A stretch of 64,000 nt of DNA from the human T2T-CHM13v2.0 reference genome, Homo sapiens: the NCBI RefSeq assembly GCF_009914755.1, contig NC_060947.1; one strand, written 5' to 3'. How positions within the stretch are numbered: the first letter of the stretch is position 1; each line of letters opens with the position of its first letter. Below the pieces are notes generated by a model. It was not told the origin of the DNA, ran no database searches, and saw only the letters and a list, made by a program, of their open reading frames with translations. Made by a program: the position numbers and the translations under genes. Below are positions 1-14,600 of this stretch, piece by piece.

Positions 1-388
1 GGGAGGGGGGCAGGAGGGGAGGGAAATCAATAGAAAGAGAGAAAAATAGTAGGGTCCTTTTTATTAAAAAAGGAGAGAAAACAGAGTGATATGGGAAGAT
101 AGAGGAGTTGGAAAACTACATTTTCCTCCCTTCAAAATTATATGTACTAGGCTCAGTTTGTGTGCCTTGCCAGAGCTTTACTCTGTCTGCTTTCTGTTTA
201 GAGTGGCCCTAGCAATAGCTTGCCTTGTCCCTGTCATCATGGAGCCAAGTAGGTTATTGCTGCTGCCCTGTCCACTGTTAGAGATTAACTAGTTAAAAAA
301 AAGATCATCCTATCTGTGCCCTGGATGATGTGGACCCATAGGACTGTGGCTTTCCCAACAGCTGATAAGAGCAATCCTGTGCTGGGAG

Positions 389-1062
389 TGTCTTAGGTTG
401 GATTGTGGAGGAAGCAGACTCGGAGAAGGGGATTTGTATGCAGGAAGTTTATCGGGGGGCTCCACCAAAACAAAGTTGCTGATAAGGAATTGAGGGAAGC
501 CTGCTTGCCAGAATGGGCATAGGGAAAAGTTTGAATTTCAACCTAATCACAATAATGACCTATGCCATAGGGAGCTCTGGGGCTGGGATGGTCCTTCAGA
601 GATGTCTTGAATTAGGGGAATGGGAAGAGCCTTTGTTCACTCGTCTCTCATCAATCAGACATTGGATACGGGCTATCCCTGGGGAGGGGAATGACCTTAG
701 AAAAAGCAGTTCCCTTTAGCCAAGGACAGGGGTTGGCCTGTGGGCCATAGCCTGCCTGCCTCTTTTTTTTGCAAATAAAATCTTATTGGCACACAACTAC
801 ACTTACTCAATTATGTATTGCCTCCAATTTCCTTCACACTACAATGGCAGACTTGAGTAGCTGTGGCAGAGACTAAATTGCCTGCAAAGCATAAAATAGT
901 AACTATGTGATGTTTTACAAAAAAGAAAAGAAAAAAAATTGTTTACTGACCCTGGGCCTAGGGCAATTCCCTGAGAGGGATCACTATGAGCCATTAGAAC
1001 CCAACATTCCTGGCAACTGGAGGAAGGAGCACGTAGGTCCTACACACCACATCATCCACTAT
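389..1062 (-). mobile_element. Ancient ERVL-type solo LTR (LTR33-like), interrupted by a MER58-like DNA element
   Basis: Starts tgtcttaggttgg...ggaagcagact...gcaggaagtttat and ends cacatcatccactata. Similar sequence flanks the provirus (7893-8308 plus 17027-17059). Family name from memory. Confidence 0.55.
727..955. mobile_element. MER58A-like hAT-Charlie non-autonomous DNA transposon
   Basis: caggggg...ccctg termini; internal gcaaataaaatcttattggcacac and cactacaatggcagacttgagtagctgtggcagagac resemble MER58. Confidence 0.7.
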
Positions 1063-3105
1063 AGGAAATTAATACCCCATAAAGCAAACTGGACTAATGA
1101 AAGATAGTGGACAGATGGGAGCCAGAAGATAAATTCTCCTTTCTTCCACCATAATGGACTGTTCTGAGATGTAATGGTTCTGACAGCCTTTTTGAAGATG
1201 TCTCATAAGACTAAGTAATTGCCTACACTTGTTACAAAGCAATGGCTAGTTTAAAAACATATCCTTGAATATTTTTCTCCTGCCCTCCCTACTTTGGTAC
1301 CTCCTTTCCCCTCACTCCTATTTTTTTTTTAATTTTCTCTCTTCAATAAAGTTTAGCACATAAGGTTTTTGCCTCAGACTGTTTCCTAGGTAACCCAGGA
1401 TAAGACTTGTAAAATCAAATATTTAGAATTTGGTATGGAACTAGTATAAGGTTAGAATTGTGGGACATTCAGAGGAATGAGGACATATTCCGCCTGTCAT
1501 CTCATTCCCAATCTCAGGGCACTTTTCAAAGATAACTCTCCTCCAACCCCCAAGTACCTATTGGGTGTAAACTTTGTCCTAAGGTTACTCTTAAGTATTA
1601 ATACTTCTGCCCTTCTTGCTCCCATTTGCCCACAACCAAGATGGAATGCTTGTCCTTCTTCCCGAGGCTTCTGCTCCAGTTCTGGGAAGCATGTTTATTA
1701 TATATGATATTCTTTTTACTTACCCTGAGGGTATTCCTGTTGATCTTTCAGGGTATCACCATTCACCTTGTGAGTTATAAAACCACCAAGGAAGAAAGAG
1801 TAGTTCTAGCCAAGATACAATTTTTAAGAAGACACACAAAATAAAATGGAGAAAAAGGGCCCTCAGGCTGCTCTGCACTTCTGAAGTATAGCTCTAAAAA
1901 ATAAAATAAGCAGGCCACACACAAGGAAGCAAGCTAACTTTGTTTTGCTGAGAGGACTCTTTTCCTTGGGTTAATTCCAAGAGGGAACAGGCACCGAGTG
2001 AGTCACAGAAAAAGTAGGACAGAAGTTTGCCTTTCAGGGAATGCAATAGTGTGGGCGTAACCACGGCCCCTCGAGGATGCTCAGCAGGCACGACTTCCTG
2101 AAGCTCAGGCTATGTCAGGTAGAAGCCTACCATGCAGATCTCCCACGGCCATGTGAACTTGCTCCAGTTCTGCTCACATGCCTACCACAAGCTGAGTTTA
2201 CAGGAGCTCAGCTTTGTGTTTAATCTGTCTTCTTGGTGAAGAGCTTGGGTGGGGCAAGGTTGGATCTATGGTTGATAAGGGAACTCCAAACCAGGAGTTA
2301 TAGCAATCTGTGGGGCAGACAACATAGAAATTTAAGCGGCATGGGTTGAGAACTGCTCAATGAGATGTCACCGAAAGGGTATCCAAAGTGGGTCCTGAGA
2401 CCAATGTGTGGCACCAAAGGTGAAATATGCTAGAAGAGGAATTCAAGGAGGAGATGATCCTAATGGGAAAAGGAAAGTAACCCTGGATAGTACCAGGTAC
2501 AGAAAGTCACTGCCCTTGGCTGGGTATTTATGGGCCTCGGTGGTTTCATGTGATTCAAAGGATCAGTGGCAGCAGAGATACTGTTCTAAAGTCACATCAT
2601 AAATTTCAGTGGGGGAGATAGACTCACAATCTGATTAACTGATGATGTAGTAGTTATTTTGTGGCAGCTTTTTCTTCCCAGAAGCAAACTCTTTCTTCAA
2701 ATGCAAACTGACCAGGAAACATAATAGATAAAGCAGATAAGAGAGAAGCAGCTACAGTTAAGATTGAAGTAGTAGAGATGAATAGGTTAGATATACCTCC
2801 TTCCACTCCAAAATCTGGGCCTCTGAGGCCTTTCTATGCCATTTCTAGTACTCCATGTGATATTCTTTGAAACAAAAATTCTATGCTAACTTAGAGCAGG
2901 TGAGTAGGAGTTTAAGGTAGAGCATTGGTGGAGTGGGATGAGGAAAACAGTTCCCATTCTTCCTGCCACGGAAGAATTGATAAGTTGGATATTCTAGAGT
3001 GCAATTTCTACCTTTACAGTGCCCATGGAGAACATGTGTAAGTGTTCATAGTTCTAGTCATTGTTTTGAAGACACTGACCATCTCAAATGCTGCACTTCA
3101 GTATC

Positions 3106-3130
3106 GTGTGTGTGTGTGTGTGTGTCTGTG
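3106..3130. repeat. (TG)n microsatellite
   Basis: gtgtgtgtgtgtgtgtgtgtctgtg seen directly. Confidence 0.9.
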
Positions 3131-3699
3131 TACAGTAAAAGAAAGACCTATGTCCTGCTTTTTATCCTCCAGATAAATTACTCAATACTTACATACCTCA
3201 TCAGGACAAGACATCCACAGTGACGACCTTTGATCAATGCAGGATCTTAACATTTTTTCTGCATCATCAAAGACTAAATTATCTTCAAAGTGGCTTTAGT
3301 GCTAAATGCATTTTATTATATGTGACTTGTTTGAAAAACTGTCACTTTCTGTGAGATGTAGTTAGTAACAGTCTACTTCTACTTAGTGGACATTTAGTTC
3401 CTAATAGTGTAGATTAAAAAGAATGTATTTGTGCTTGTTAGAACATCATCTCACAGCTTCTCTGTCATCCCTAAGAACGCCCAAATCTCCTGTCCTTGTT
3501 GCCTTCTCTACTTCACTTGGAGAAAATTATATAGCATTTTATTTTGCTTCTTTACTTTGACTGTGTTCTTTTTCATCTTTTTTTTTTTCTGCTCTGGGCT
3601 TTTTAATCACCCATCTTTTTTCCCTTGTTGACAAATGTAGCATATGTTTTCACCTAGTTACCAAAACCACCCACTTCAAAATCATACCCTTTGTCAAGA

Positions 3700-5370
3700 T
3701 GAATCCACATGCTTAAGGAAATTCTTCAAAGAGCCCTCATATGTCTGTGTTTAATACTGACCTGTTGGCTTAGAGACTTCTATAGAATTGCCATCCTGGA
3801 ATTTCTTTTCATTGCTTAGTGTATTGGCTCTCAAGTCTTCCCCATGTTTCTTATTCTTGGATTCTTTCTATTTTTGGTTTTGTTAAACTACATCCTCAAA
3901 TAACTTATTTTTTTCAGAAGTATGTGTAATTACTAAACTTCCTCAGGCCTTTCCCATCTAAAAATTTCTTTGTTTGGTTTCTAGAACTGGTTAATAATTT
4001 TCCGGGTTATAGAATACTATGCTGAAAAAATGTTCCTTCAGGACTTTGAGACACTGCCCTCACTGTCTTCTAGCATCTAATGTTTATAATGTTAGTATCA
4101 TTATGATTTCTTTTTCCATTCTCCACTGACGTCCCACCCCCTAAAAGCTTTTGGGATCATGCCTTTATCACCGTCATTCTGAGATTTTAGTTATGCGACA
4201 CAGTGGGGGCTTTTCTGGGTTTATTCTACTGGACATTTATAGAACTCTTAAAAATTGAAGATATGATTTTATGAAACTCTGTGAAGTTTTCTTCTATTAT
4301 TTCTTTATTTTCTTCCCTCTATTTTCTTGCTCCATTTTCCTGGAACTCTAGTTATATAGAAATTCAACCTCCTGGATGTGATCTTCATATTTCTTAATTT
4401 TTATTATATTTTTTCTTTCTTTTCTTGAGTATATTTAACATGTTCTATTTTTAATTTTCAGGAAAGTTTCTTTTTCTATATATGTTCCCTTTCATAAATT
4501 CTATTCTTATTTTATGTATGCAATATTTTCCCAAATATCTCTGAGGATTTTAAACAGCATTGTTTTAAACTATCTTCTATTTCTTGAATTATCTTTTTCT
4601 TCTCGGATCTTTTAAAAAAAATATTACATTGGGTGCTTCTATTGTGAGTTGGTTTTGTCAAATGCCATGTAATCCTGGATTATACATTTGAAATTAGAAA
4701 TGTAAGAACGCATTGCGTTTTTAAAAAGCAGTTGTTATTGATTTCATCTGGTGCTGTGTCAGTCTCCTTCTCTGCCTAAGAGGGAAAGCGTATCATCCAT
4801 GAAGGAGCTTTATTTTGGATGGTAAAGGGACAGAAACAAGAGAGGCAGGTTGAGTATCTCTCCTATTGTCAAAAGAAGAAGGCCTTTACTGTATGGTACC
4901 CAAGAACTATACAAAGTCTCCAGACCATTCAATTCCTTTATAAGAATAATTCTTCTATTTGAAAGTCGAGATTGTCTCCCCTTATGGGGGTGTTGGGTGG
5001 CATACCTGTTGTAGCTATTTCTGAGATGGTATTTCCATTAGTCATTGTGAGTTCCACTTCATTTCCCACTCCACCTCTTTATACCTGATAACTCCTAGCT
5101 CAGAATCCCTCCATCTTCAGAGGCTATGCAACTGCCTCTTCCCCTTCTGCTTTCTTCTGTGTCATAAGCTATGGCATCCACCACTGTTTCATCTGTCAAA
5201 ATAACTCCTTATGCTTTCAGTCTTTCAGATACTTGTTAAAATCTCCAGCCAACCCCTGGCCCTTTATCCTCTCTTTAGTTCTGTATAGAAGTATTCTCTT
5301 TTATATTTCTTTACTGTCATTTCGGTGGGGTTTGGAAAGAAGAAGTAAAGTCTGCCATTCTGAAGAAGCC
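3700..5370 (-). mobile_element. Highly decayed ancient L1M fragment (approximate bounds)
   Basis: T-rich antisense-L1-like text (ataattttccgggttatagaatact, cactgtcttctagcatct, tgtgaagttttcttctattatttcttt). Confidence 0.5.
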
Positions 5371-7892
5371 TGAATTAATTTTAGATAAACATTCTACTGA
5401 AGTCGGTTCCATGGCAAAGAGAATTATAGAAAGGAGTCAGGCTATTTATGCTAATTTTTATGTAGTAGTTCCATCTTTTAAACTTCCAGAAGTTCCCTTG
5501 ATATTCTAAACATTAAAATGCTTGTTGACATACTCTATTACTAAATTATACATGATGTGAATTTAACAATTGTATGCAAATATTAATTGTTATTAAACTA
5601 TACTGTGCAATTAAAATCTGTGCAATTAAAATCTGTATGAACATGTTTACAAAGCTTATGGTTTACAAAGTATTCACATATATCTCAGTTGAGCATCATT
5701 ATTAGCCTTTAAGGTAGACATGTCAGGTTATACTAGCTGCAAAATGGTGGTTAAGAGAATCAGACTGCTTTGTTCCCAGTCCTGGAGTGGCTACTTAACT
5801 TGCTGAAAACTATCTTAATCTTCTGTAAACTACTTAACTTTCCTTGTAATCAATTTTCTTATCTGTAAACTTAGATTAATATTAACTCTCTCAAAGGGTA
5901 AGGAAAAGAAATTATAATACCTGTAAACATGTAGAAATGACATATAAAAAGTGTTCAAGAAATATTCCATATTGTTATTGTTATTATTATTTGCTTTATC
6001 ATTGTCTCATTACCTTTTACAGATGATAAAACCACATGGCATGAGTCAAATCACTTTTAGACTCAGTAAATTAGAAACAGATTTTGGATACAAACTCATG
6101 TGTTGTGACTCCAAATTCAAGTTATTTCCAGTACACCATATTGTTTCAGCATGTATGAGAAGATTAAAGATCTTGTAAAGACTGTTTAAATTGGAGATGG
6201 TCATAAAATGGTTTCTCCTGTCTTTAAACGCTAACCAAAGATGTAAGGTTGTACAAATCCTATGGATGAAAGTGAGGTATCTATTTAAAATGGACATTCA
6301 AGATATTTTATCTGTGCTTCCTTAAAATTAGTTTATTAAATCTTAGCCACAAAGTCTCACAGTTATTAAGCAAACATTTGCCTTAGTTAACGGAAATCCT
6401 TGAGAATATGAAACAGACCATTCATCTTTGCATTCTCAATGCAGTATAAACAAAACTTATGTAAAAGTTCAAGCTCAGTGACGTTTGATTAAACTTACTT
6501 AAACAATGGGGCATTAGAAACAATACCAAACTCATATACTCATTTCTGTGTTCTTGGGCCCTTTAGAGGCATTTAATTTACAAAGGTGAGACTGTCACTG
6601 CGTGTACTTTTTAGGAAAGTTTATAGCATTACTTTTCTCTGGATCTCAGATGAGCTGAACTATCGACACATGAATACACAGAGGGTAAAAATTAAAAACA
6701 AACCAAAGCAAAAATCCCAGCTACAGGCCCAAGTGATCAAAAACCTTCCAATGCATGCGTCATCATCCACTACTAGTTACTCTCATTTCTGATCCTGAGA
6801 TGAGATTTGAGGATATAAGTTCTAAAATACCTTTGCTTTGGTTTTTTTTTTTTTTAAATTTTTTTCCTTCTGCTTTTATGATGTGGACACACTCCAGAGT
6901 ATTCCCACATATTCTTTCTGAAGCTTCAGGGCAGTGGAATCAAAGCCTTCCAGGGCAGGGAAGTTTTGTATACAGCAGAAAGAAAAAAGATGATATATGA
7001 ACAGGTTTGGATATTCCAGGGATATTAATGGTATCACGTGAAAATAAATAAGTATTGCTAAATAGCATGCACATTTCTTTTATCCTTCTTCATCATATTT
7101 TTCAAAAATCCAATGTCACAGAGAAAAGATATGTTTTAGCAATAGAAGATGTAGACAGAAAAATTAGAGTTAATTTTTTTTTCTTATCACAAGGCACCAG
7201 AAAGGCACAGATTAGAGTCTTGGAGTTAATACGCTAAAACTATATACAGTATAACATTGAAACTATGATAGACCTTCAGTGAATTTCACAGGTAACACAG
7301 GAGAGCTTCCAAATCATGATGATAACTTGCACATATTTTCTAACAGATGGTGTGGTTGTCCACATTTTTAGGTGTGTTAGATGGATTTTTCAGAATGTAG
7401 CTTATATCTATTTGATGTCAATTGATTGAGATTGTCACAGCTCGGTGTCCACATTGAGAGTTATTACAAAACAGGGTCAGATTAACTAGTGGACCAGAAA
7501 TCCCAATACATTATTGATTATAAAAAATATCTGGGGCTCCTGCAGGACCTGAATTAAAGGCTGATTAGAGCTCCAACAGAGCTGACTGAGAAAGGGCAGC
7601 CTTGACTCTTCCCAGTTCTCATGTCAAGAGTTGGGAAACAGAAGGTCCTACCAAAACAACATCTCAATATGGCAATATTTAAGGTGGGTGTACTAGCCTA
7701 TTTATTTCTTGCTACTGACTACCCTCTGACACTAGCTCTGTATACTGCTCTCCCAAGAAAGAGCCGACAGCCAGACATAGCTCTAAAACGTCAGCAGCTA
7801 CAGCAGACCTCAGAAGTTCCATTTCTAAGGACTTGGCACAGAGGTTTGGGTCTGCCATTAGATCACACCTACTTCAGCATTTTGTTACCAGA

Positions 7893-8308
7893 GGTCGGTC
7901 AGAGGTTGGTTTCTTTGGGAAGCCGACTATGAGTTGGAAATTAGCATACAGGAAGTTATTAGAGGGGGCTCTTGGGAGAAACACCGGTAGTAGGGAGGGG
8001 AAGGAAAAGGATTGGGCAGAGGAAGAATCGAGCTACAATCAAGTCTCAATGGCAGATCTCAGCCAGCTTCATAGGGAAATCTGAAGCTGGGATGGCCTTT
8101 CAGAATTATCCTGAGCTGGGCCCAAATGAACAGGCTTCTTAAGGTCACACATTGATCAGTCATTGGGTTTGGGTCATCTCAGGAAGGGGACATAAACTTG
8201 AGCCAAGTGTTTCTCATTAGCTGAGGCAATCCTAGGGAGAACGTAGGCTGACAGCTGAGGGCCATGTGCTGAAGGTGCTCTCAGCAGCTGTAATACTAAA
8301 GGGGAATC
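7893..8308 (-). mobile_element. Old ERVL-type LTR (LTR33-like) that hosts the HERV insertion; its terminus resumes at 17027-17059
   Basis: Similar to 389-1062; continuity ...ggggaatc | taggtggtggatcactgcattcactaca across the provirus. Confidence 0.6.
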
Positions 8309-8778
8309 TGACAGAGCAGGAGCATTGCCATCTTGGACAAGTACAACCATTTTAAGTTTCACCTTGATCAAAAACCACCAAAATCCAAAGGGCATCAGCC
8401 TAATGGCTAAGGTCAGCATGACCATAAATCACAAATAACATCGCCAACCAGAAACATTCCAAAGCCCTTCCCAACCAGAGACATGCCAGCCCCGAGATAA
8501 CTTCCCCTCTGGCCAGGAAGATGTCAGCCTCAAGATAACCTCCCCTCTGCCCAAAGACATTCTAACCCTGCCATAAATGTCTCCCCCACACAGAAACATT
8601 TCAAGCTTGTGATAAGCCCTCTCGCCCTAAAACCATTATATACTCTTAGTCTGTAAGAGAGAATGCTCCTGACTGAAGTTGGCCAGAAGCCCCTCTCAGG
8701 TGTTTTTCTCCAAAATAAACCTGTCTTTGACTGTTGAGCCATTTTTCATGTTTCTTTCCTCTTTCTTTAACTCTTACA
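8309..8778 (+). repeat. 5' LTR of HERV-F provirus
   Basis: tgacagagcaggagc...ctcttaca; AATAAA at 8714-8719; collinear with 16557-17026. Confidence 0.95.
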
Positions 8779-8780
8779 TT

Positions 8781-8798
8781 TGGTGCCAAAACCTGGGA
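8781..8798 (+). promoter_or_regulatory. Primer-binding site complementary to tRNA-Phe
   Basis: tggtgccaaaacctggga vs expected TGGTGCCGAAACCCGGGA; both differences are CpG transitions. Confidence 0.9.
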
Positions 8799-9078
8799 TG
8801 GGTGCTGGGGGTAGAGGCTCTCTTGCAACCCAGGAAGCAGTGGACCATGGTAGCTCATCTCACTGGATCCTGAGAGTCTCGGGCCATCCACCCCATCTTG
8901 TCTCTCACTTCATTTTTCAAGCAATTTGCATGAGGAAGAAAACTAACCTGAAGGGGACTGCGAGGCTCTGGCTGGGGCTACTCCCCAGTGGGTCCTCAAA
9001 ACCCTCAGGTCTTGGGAATCCACCTCTGACCACCTGCAATGGGTATTTCACTTTCTTTCCTCCTCCTCCCTCATCCTC

Positions 9079-9112
<34 letters not shown>

Positions 9113-9417
9113 CCCTCATGCAGCTCCAGTCTAAGAGGCCATTTGCCAGTTCCAACAAGGACATCCAACATCAGACACTAATCCAGACAACTGGTAAGAT
9201 ATGCCCTCCACTGGCTTTCTCACAGTACCCAGGAAAGTCAGGTCTGCAGTCCTGGTCCTCGGAGGACCAGTGGGACTAAGCTACAAAAAATCTTGGGGAT
9301 ACACAGTTTCTCTCAGCTTGACCATCCTCTTTAGAAAGAGGACTCTGGGTCTCTGCCTTTTGTCTGGGGATGCCTAGAACAAAAACAGACACCCTCAGTT
9401 TCTTCTCATCAGTCCAC

Positions 9418-10975
9418 ATGGGTGCCAAACAATCCCACATTCCTACGTCCTCTCCACTGGGCTGTCTCCTTCTCAACCTTGCCAAACTTGGCTTATAGGG
9501 AAGCATAAAGCCAAAGCATTTAGTCCTTTATTGCAACACAGCCTGGCCCCAATACAAATTAGATAATGACAACCAGTGGCCTGAAAATGGTACCTTTGAC
9601 TTTAAAATCCTCAGGGACCTTGATAACTTTATAACCAGGAATGGCAAATGGCAAGAGGTTCTCTATATTCAGGCTTTCTTCTACCTTAGATCCTGACCCT
9701 CCCTATGTCAAGGTTGCATCCCTCATGAAATCCTTCTTCTTAATGCAAACCCTTTCTGTGTCTCTCCTTCCTCTGAAACCCCTTCCTCCAAAACCCTTTC
9801 CCTCAAAACCCCTTCCTTCAAAACCCCTTTTGACCTGGCAGATGAACCCCCTCTGTATTCTCATCCCCCTGCATCCGCTCCTTGCCTGTCTGAACCTTCT
9901 GCTGCTGTGGCCCCTCCTGCCCCCAAGCCTTTAGCCCCAAACCCTGCTCCTCTTCGTTCTCCACCTGTTATCCATTCAACAGCTACCAATCAAACCACCT
10001 CGGCCACTCCCCCTCTCTGGGAAGTGGTTGGGGTTGAAAGTATTGCTCATGTTTATATCCCTTTCTCCATGCCTGATTTGTTGCAGATCGAACAGCATCT
10101 AGGATCTTTCATCTAGATAGTGAGAAAATCCTTCTCACTATCTCAGGGAATTCCTGCATGTAACCCAATCTTTTAATTTAACTTGTCATGATATTTATAT
10201 AATTTACATAATTCTAACCTCCACTCTCAGTCCTGATGAAAAAGAGCACATTGAGCTTTCATCTGAAACCCACGCAGGTGAACTCCATAACTAAGCCCCT
10301 ATACAAAATCCAGTGGCCAGTGATGCAGTCCCCTGTAGAGATCCAGATTGGACTTATCAACATGGAGTCAATGGCATCAGGCAAAGGGACCACATGATTA
10401 CCTGTCTCCTCACGGGCATGGGCAAAAATGCCCATAAGGCAGTTAATTCTGAGAAACTTAGAGAAATTACACAGGAGCCCCAGAAGAATCCTGCCCTTTT
10501 CTTATCATGCATCACTGAAGCTATGCTAAAATATACCAATCTGGACCCAGAATCTAGAGAAGGGCAAACTTTTCTCCACCTCCAATTTATTTCCCAATCC
10601 TCCCCAGATATCCGGAAAATAATTACAAAACTTAGAGGAGGGTCTGCAAATATCTCAGCAGGACCTCCTAAATGCAGCCTGCCATGTCTTTAATAGCAGA
10701 GATGAGGAACAAAAAATTTTAAAAAGATAGACATCTCCATTTAAAATACCAGATGCTCACCTCTGCTGTCCAAAAGTCAGTTACATAAAAGTCTCCCAAT
10801 ACCCCAAAGGGAAACTCCCTCACCTCTCTGGGAGTCTGTTTCTGACATGGCAACCCTGGACACTGGGCAAAGGCTTGTCCTAACCTCCAGTGCCCCACCA
10901 AAGTGTACCCAACTTGTGGTCTTTGGGGACACTGGAAAATGGACTGCCCCCAACAGGGACATCCTCCCCATTCAA
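9418..10975 (+). pseudogene. gag: gag remnant
   Basis: ATG at 9418 gives MGAKQSH with an early TAG at codon 27; MA motif CNTAWPQYKLDNDNQWPENGT; Pro-rich tract; MHR-like ITQEPQKNPALFL; zinc knuckle CPTCGLWGHWKMDC near 10905-10946; multiple stops and frameshifts. Confidence 0.88.
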
Positions 10976-11097
10976 GTGCGGCTCATAATGAGGCCCCCCA
11001 ACCATCACAGGAGGAAATCTCTTCACTGCTGGCACTGACAACAGAAGACCGAGGGTGCCCAGGATCCTCCACTCCCACGTACAGTGAGTCCACAGAG

Positions 11098-11400
11098 CCC
11101 AGGGTAATTGGGACGGTATCCAGTAAGATTATTTCATTTCTCCAGGATACTGGGGCGAGTCTATCAGTATTAACTGAATATCAAGGCCCAATAGAACGTT
11201 CTTCCATTTCTGTTGTTGGCATGAAGGGCATACAAGAAACCCCATACAAAATGCCACCTCTATACTGCTCATTTCAGGGAGTCACCCTCACTCACCCTTT
11301 TTTGGTCATTCCTCATTGTTCCACTCCTTTGCTAGGAATGGACATCCTACACAAACTAGGGAGAATCATTCATTTATGGGCCCTTCACCAAAGCCACAAA
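11098..11400 (+). pseudogene. pro: Retroviral aspartic protease remnant
   Basis: FLQDTGASLSVL active-site motif and PLLGMDIL in ORF 10903-11463. Confidence 0.88.
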
Positions 11401-11479
11401 GCCACACTTAGTTATTATTATGTCAAGAACAAAACCCTTCCTCAGACACTCCACATCAAATAGACATAAAACCCAAATT

Positions 11480-14400
11480 CCTCAACCAGGTAAATCCCAC
11501 AGTGTGGAACACTGACTCCCCCGTAATAACTACCCACCATTCTCCAATTCAAATTTCACTGAAGGATCCTAAGTGCTATATAAGTCCCACAATATCCCCT
11601 CAACCCTAATGGATTACAGGGACCCAAGCCCATCATCTCCTGACTTTTGGCTCCCAATATTTTAATCCTCACTCATTCTCCCCACAATACTCCTATTCTC
11701 CCAATCAAAAAACCGGATGGCTCCTATAGACTGGTTCAGGATTTGCAATAAATCAACTCTGTTATTGTTCCTCTTTATCCTGTTGTCCCAAACCCCTACA
11801 CCCTCCTATCGAGAATTCCTCCCAACACTAACTATTTCTCAGTATTGGACTTCAAGGATTTTTTTTTACTATTCCTCTACATTCCTCCTGTCAAAAACTT
11901 TTTGCTTTCACTTGGACCGACTCTGACACAGGCTACTCCCAACAACTCATCTGGACTATCCTCCACCAGGGGTTTAGAGACGGCCCTCACTATTTCAGTC
12001 AGGCACTTCAGTTGGACCTTTCCCAACTACCTCTATGATCCAGCATCTTGCTTCAGCACGAGGATGATTTACTTCTTTGCAGCCCCTCTCTAGAGCATTT
12101 ATTCAACACACCACCAGGCTTTTAAATTTTGTGGCTGAATGCAGGCACTGAGTGTCCAAAAGGAAGGCCCAATTAATCTCTCCAAAAGTCTCATACCTAG
12201 GATTAATCATAACTCCAAATACTCGAGAAATTCTGCCAGCATGAAAGCAAGGCGTTCAACAAATCCCTTGTCCTAAAACAAAAAGGGACTTACTTTCTTT
12301 CCTTGGATTAGTGGGATATTTCCAATTATGGATAGCAAATTTTGCCATTATTGCTAAACCCCTTTATGAACACACAAAAGGAAATCTTGACCAACCACTC
12401 ACTCCCACTCCAGACCTTTATCATGCTTTCTCTCACCTAAAACATTCCTTATTAGAAGCCCCAGCTTTAGGCCTTCCAAACCCCCTGAAACCCTTTCATC
12501 TATATTTACATAGTTCTCATAACCAGGCCCTTGGACTATTAGCCCAACCAATGGGAGATTCCCTCCAACCAGTGGCATATTTTTCAAGACAACTAGACCC
12601 CATTTACAAAGGCTGGCTCCCTTTGCTTAAAAATTTTGGCCACAGCTTCTCTGATTATCCCTGAGGCACAAAAACTCACGTTCTATGTACCCCTTCAGGT
12701 ATTTTCTTCTCACAGTCTGCAAGATATGCTCAGCCATAAGGTGCTCACCTCCATCTCATCCTCTTGCTTGCAAGCCTTACATTCAATTCTCCTCCAACCC
12801 TCTATCTCTCTTCATAGATGCTCCCCCATAATCCCACCACTGTTTTGCCTTCAACACCAATTTTGGACCCCAATCAACACTCATGCTCTGATTTAATTGA
12901 AAGTTCTCTCACCATGTTTCACCACCTTACTTCCACTCACATAAAGGGAGCCCCAGATTTGTTTATAGATGGCAGCACATCAAAAAACCATCCCCTCCAA
13001 GCAGGATATGCTATCACTGAGGGATATCATGATGATACCCACTTTCTCCCACCTACAAGAGTCATAGAGGCTGCCCCCTTGCCTTTTGGCACATCCTCTC
13101 AAGAAGCAGAATTAGTTGCCCTAATAAGAGCACAAACCCTAGCAAACAAAAACAAAAACAAAAACAAAAACATGTAAGTTAATATATACACCTATTCTAA
13201 ATATGCCTATAACGTCATCCATTACAATGCCCAAATTTGGAGTGAGCAGGGCTATCTCATGGCTAAGGGAACTCCTATCATTAATGGAAAACTAGTCCAT
13301 CATTTACTAAAGGCAGCTTTACTTCCAGGAAAGGTTGCAGTTATCCATTGCAAAGGACATCAATCAGATGAAAGCCACATTTCTTTATGAAACCGTGAGG
13401 CTGACTATTGGGTAAAACAAACCTGAACCAATCATCCAATCCCTCAATATCTATTTCCCCTCATACAACATATCCCCTCCTTTTATCCAGAACACCAAAT
13501 ACAACAACTAGTAACAGCAAGGGCACAATTCAAACCCCAATACTAGTTCATACAAAACAAATCAGTCCTACCTGACCCCGAAAAAAACAACTCTTTTACA
13601 GGGCATTCACAACCTCTTCCACACCAGCCATTCCCCTCTACAGCATTTCTTAAGTTCCCATATACACATAACCCCAGATATAAAGGAACAGCTAAAAGCC
13701 ATTTCCCATCAATGTTCTGTTTGCCAAAAAGCTTCACCCCACTCCAATACTAGACCCCCTTCTTACCCAAACCATCAAGCCAGGGGACACCTTCCAGGAC
13801 AGGATTAGCAAATTGATTTTACCCATATACCCCCAGTTAAAAAGGTTCAATTTCTTATAGCTCTGGTTGATACCTTTTTGGGATGCATCGAGGCTTTTCC
13901 CACAACCAACAAATGGGCTTCTACTGTCACCTCCAAATTAATAACAGAAATCATACCCAGGTTTGGGGTGCCTCTTTCTTTTCAATCTGACAATGGTCCT
14001 GCATTCATCTCTCAAATTACTCAAACACTTGCACAAGCTCTACAAATCACCTGGAAGCTAAACATCCCTTATCGACCTCAATTTTCAGGAAGGGTTGAAA
14101 AATGAATGGCATTCAAAAAACACCTCACCAGGTATTCACTCCAAACACATAAAGACTGGGTTACACTTTTACCTTGGCTCTCCTAAAAATTCGGGCACTC
14201 CCATGTAAACCCTTAATGCTCAGCCCCTTTGAACTCATGTACGGGAGACCACTTGCCCCCTTTGTTCCACCTCACAGTCAAGCACCACCTCTACCAACTC
14301 CTCTCGTTTGCCTTCTTCTACATACTAGCTGCCATTTCATTTGGGAATATGCTGACAAATACCTGCCACAACCCGTAGCCAACTCCTCTAATCCCTTCCT

Positions 14401-14600
14401 ACAGCCAGGAGATTGGGTCCTGGTAAAAGATCCCAGCCCTACCCCTAATACTCCCCTCACACCTAAATAGAAGGGACCTTACTAGATCTTCCTTACCAAA
14501 CCCACAGCAGCAAAACTGCAGGGACTCCCTAACTGGATTCATTATACTTCTCTCAAGAAAACTGACTTTCCTTCACTACATACCCAAACAACCAAACCTA
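11480..14600 (+). pseudogene. pol: pol remnant (RT, RNase H, integrase)
   Basis: KKPDGSYRLVQDL, QGFRDGPHYF, YxDD decayed to HEDD, PVAYFSRQLD, RNase H FIDGS and QEAELVAL, integrase FQSDNGPAF and PYRPQFSGRVE, SPFELMYGRP; many frameshifts; (AAAAAC)n expansion near 13145-13171. Confidence 0.92.

Noticed and set aside
1-23. G-run cluster, possible G-quadruplex
   Set aside because: Cut by the window edge and low-complexity; cannot be evaluated.
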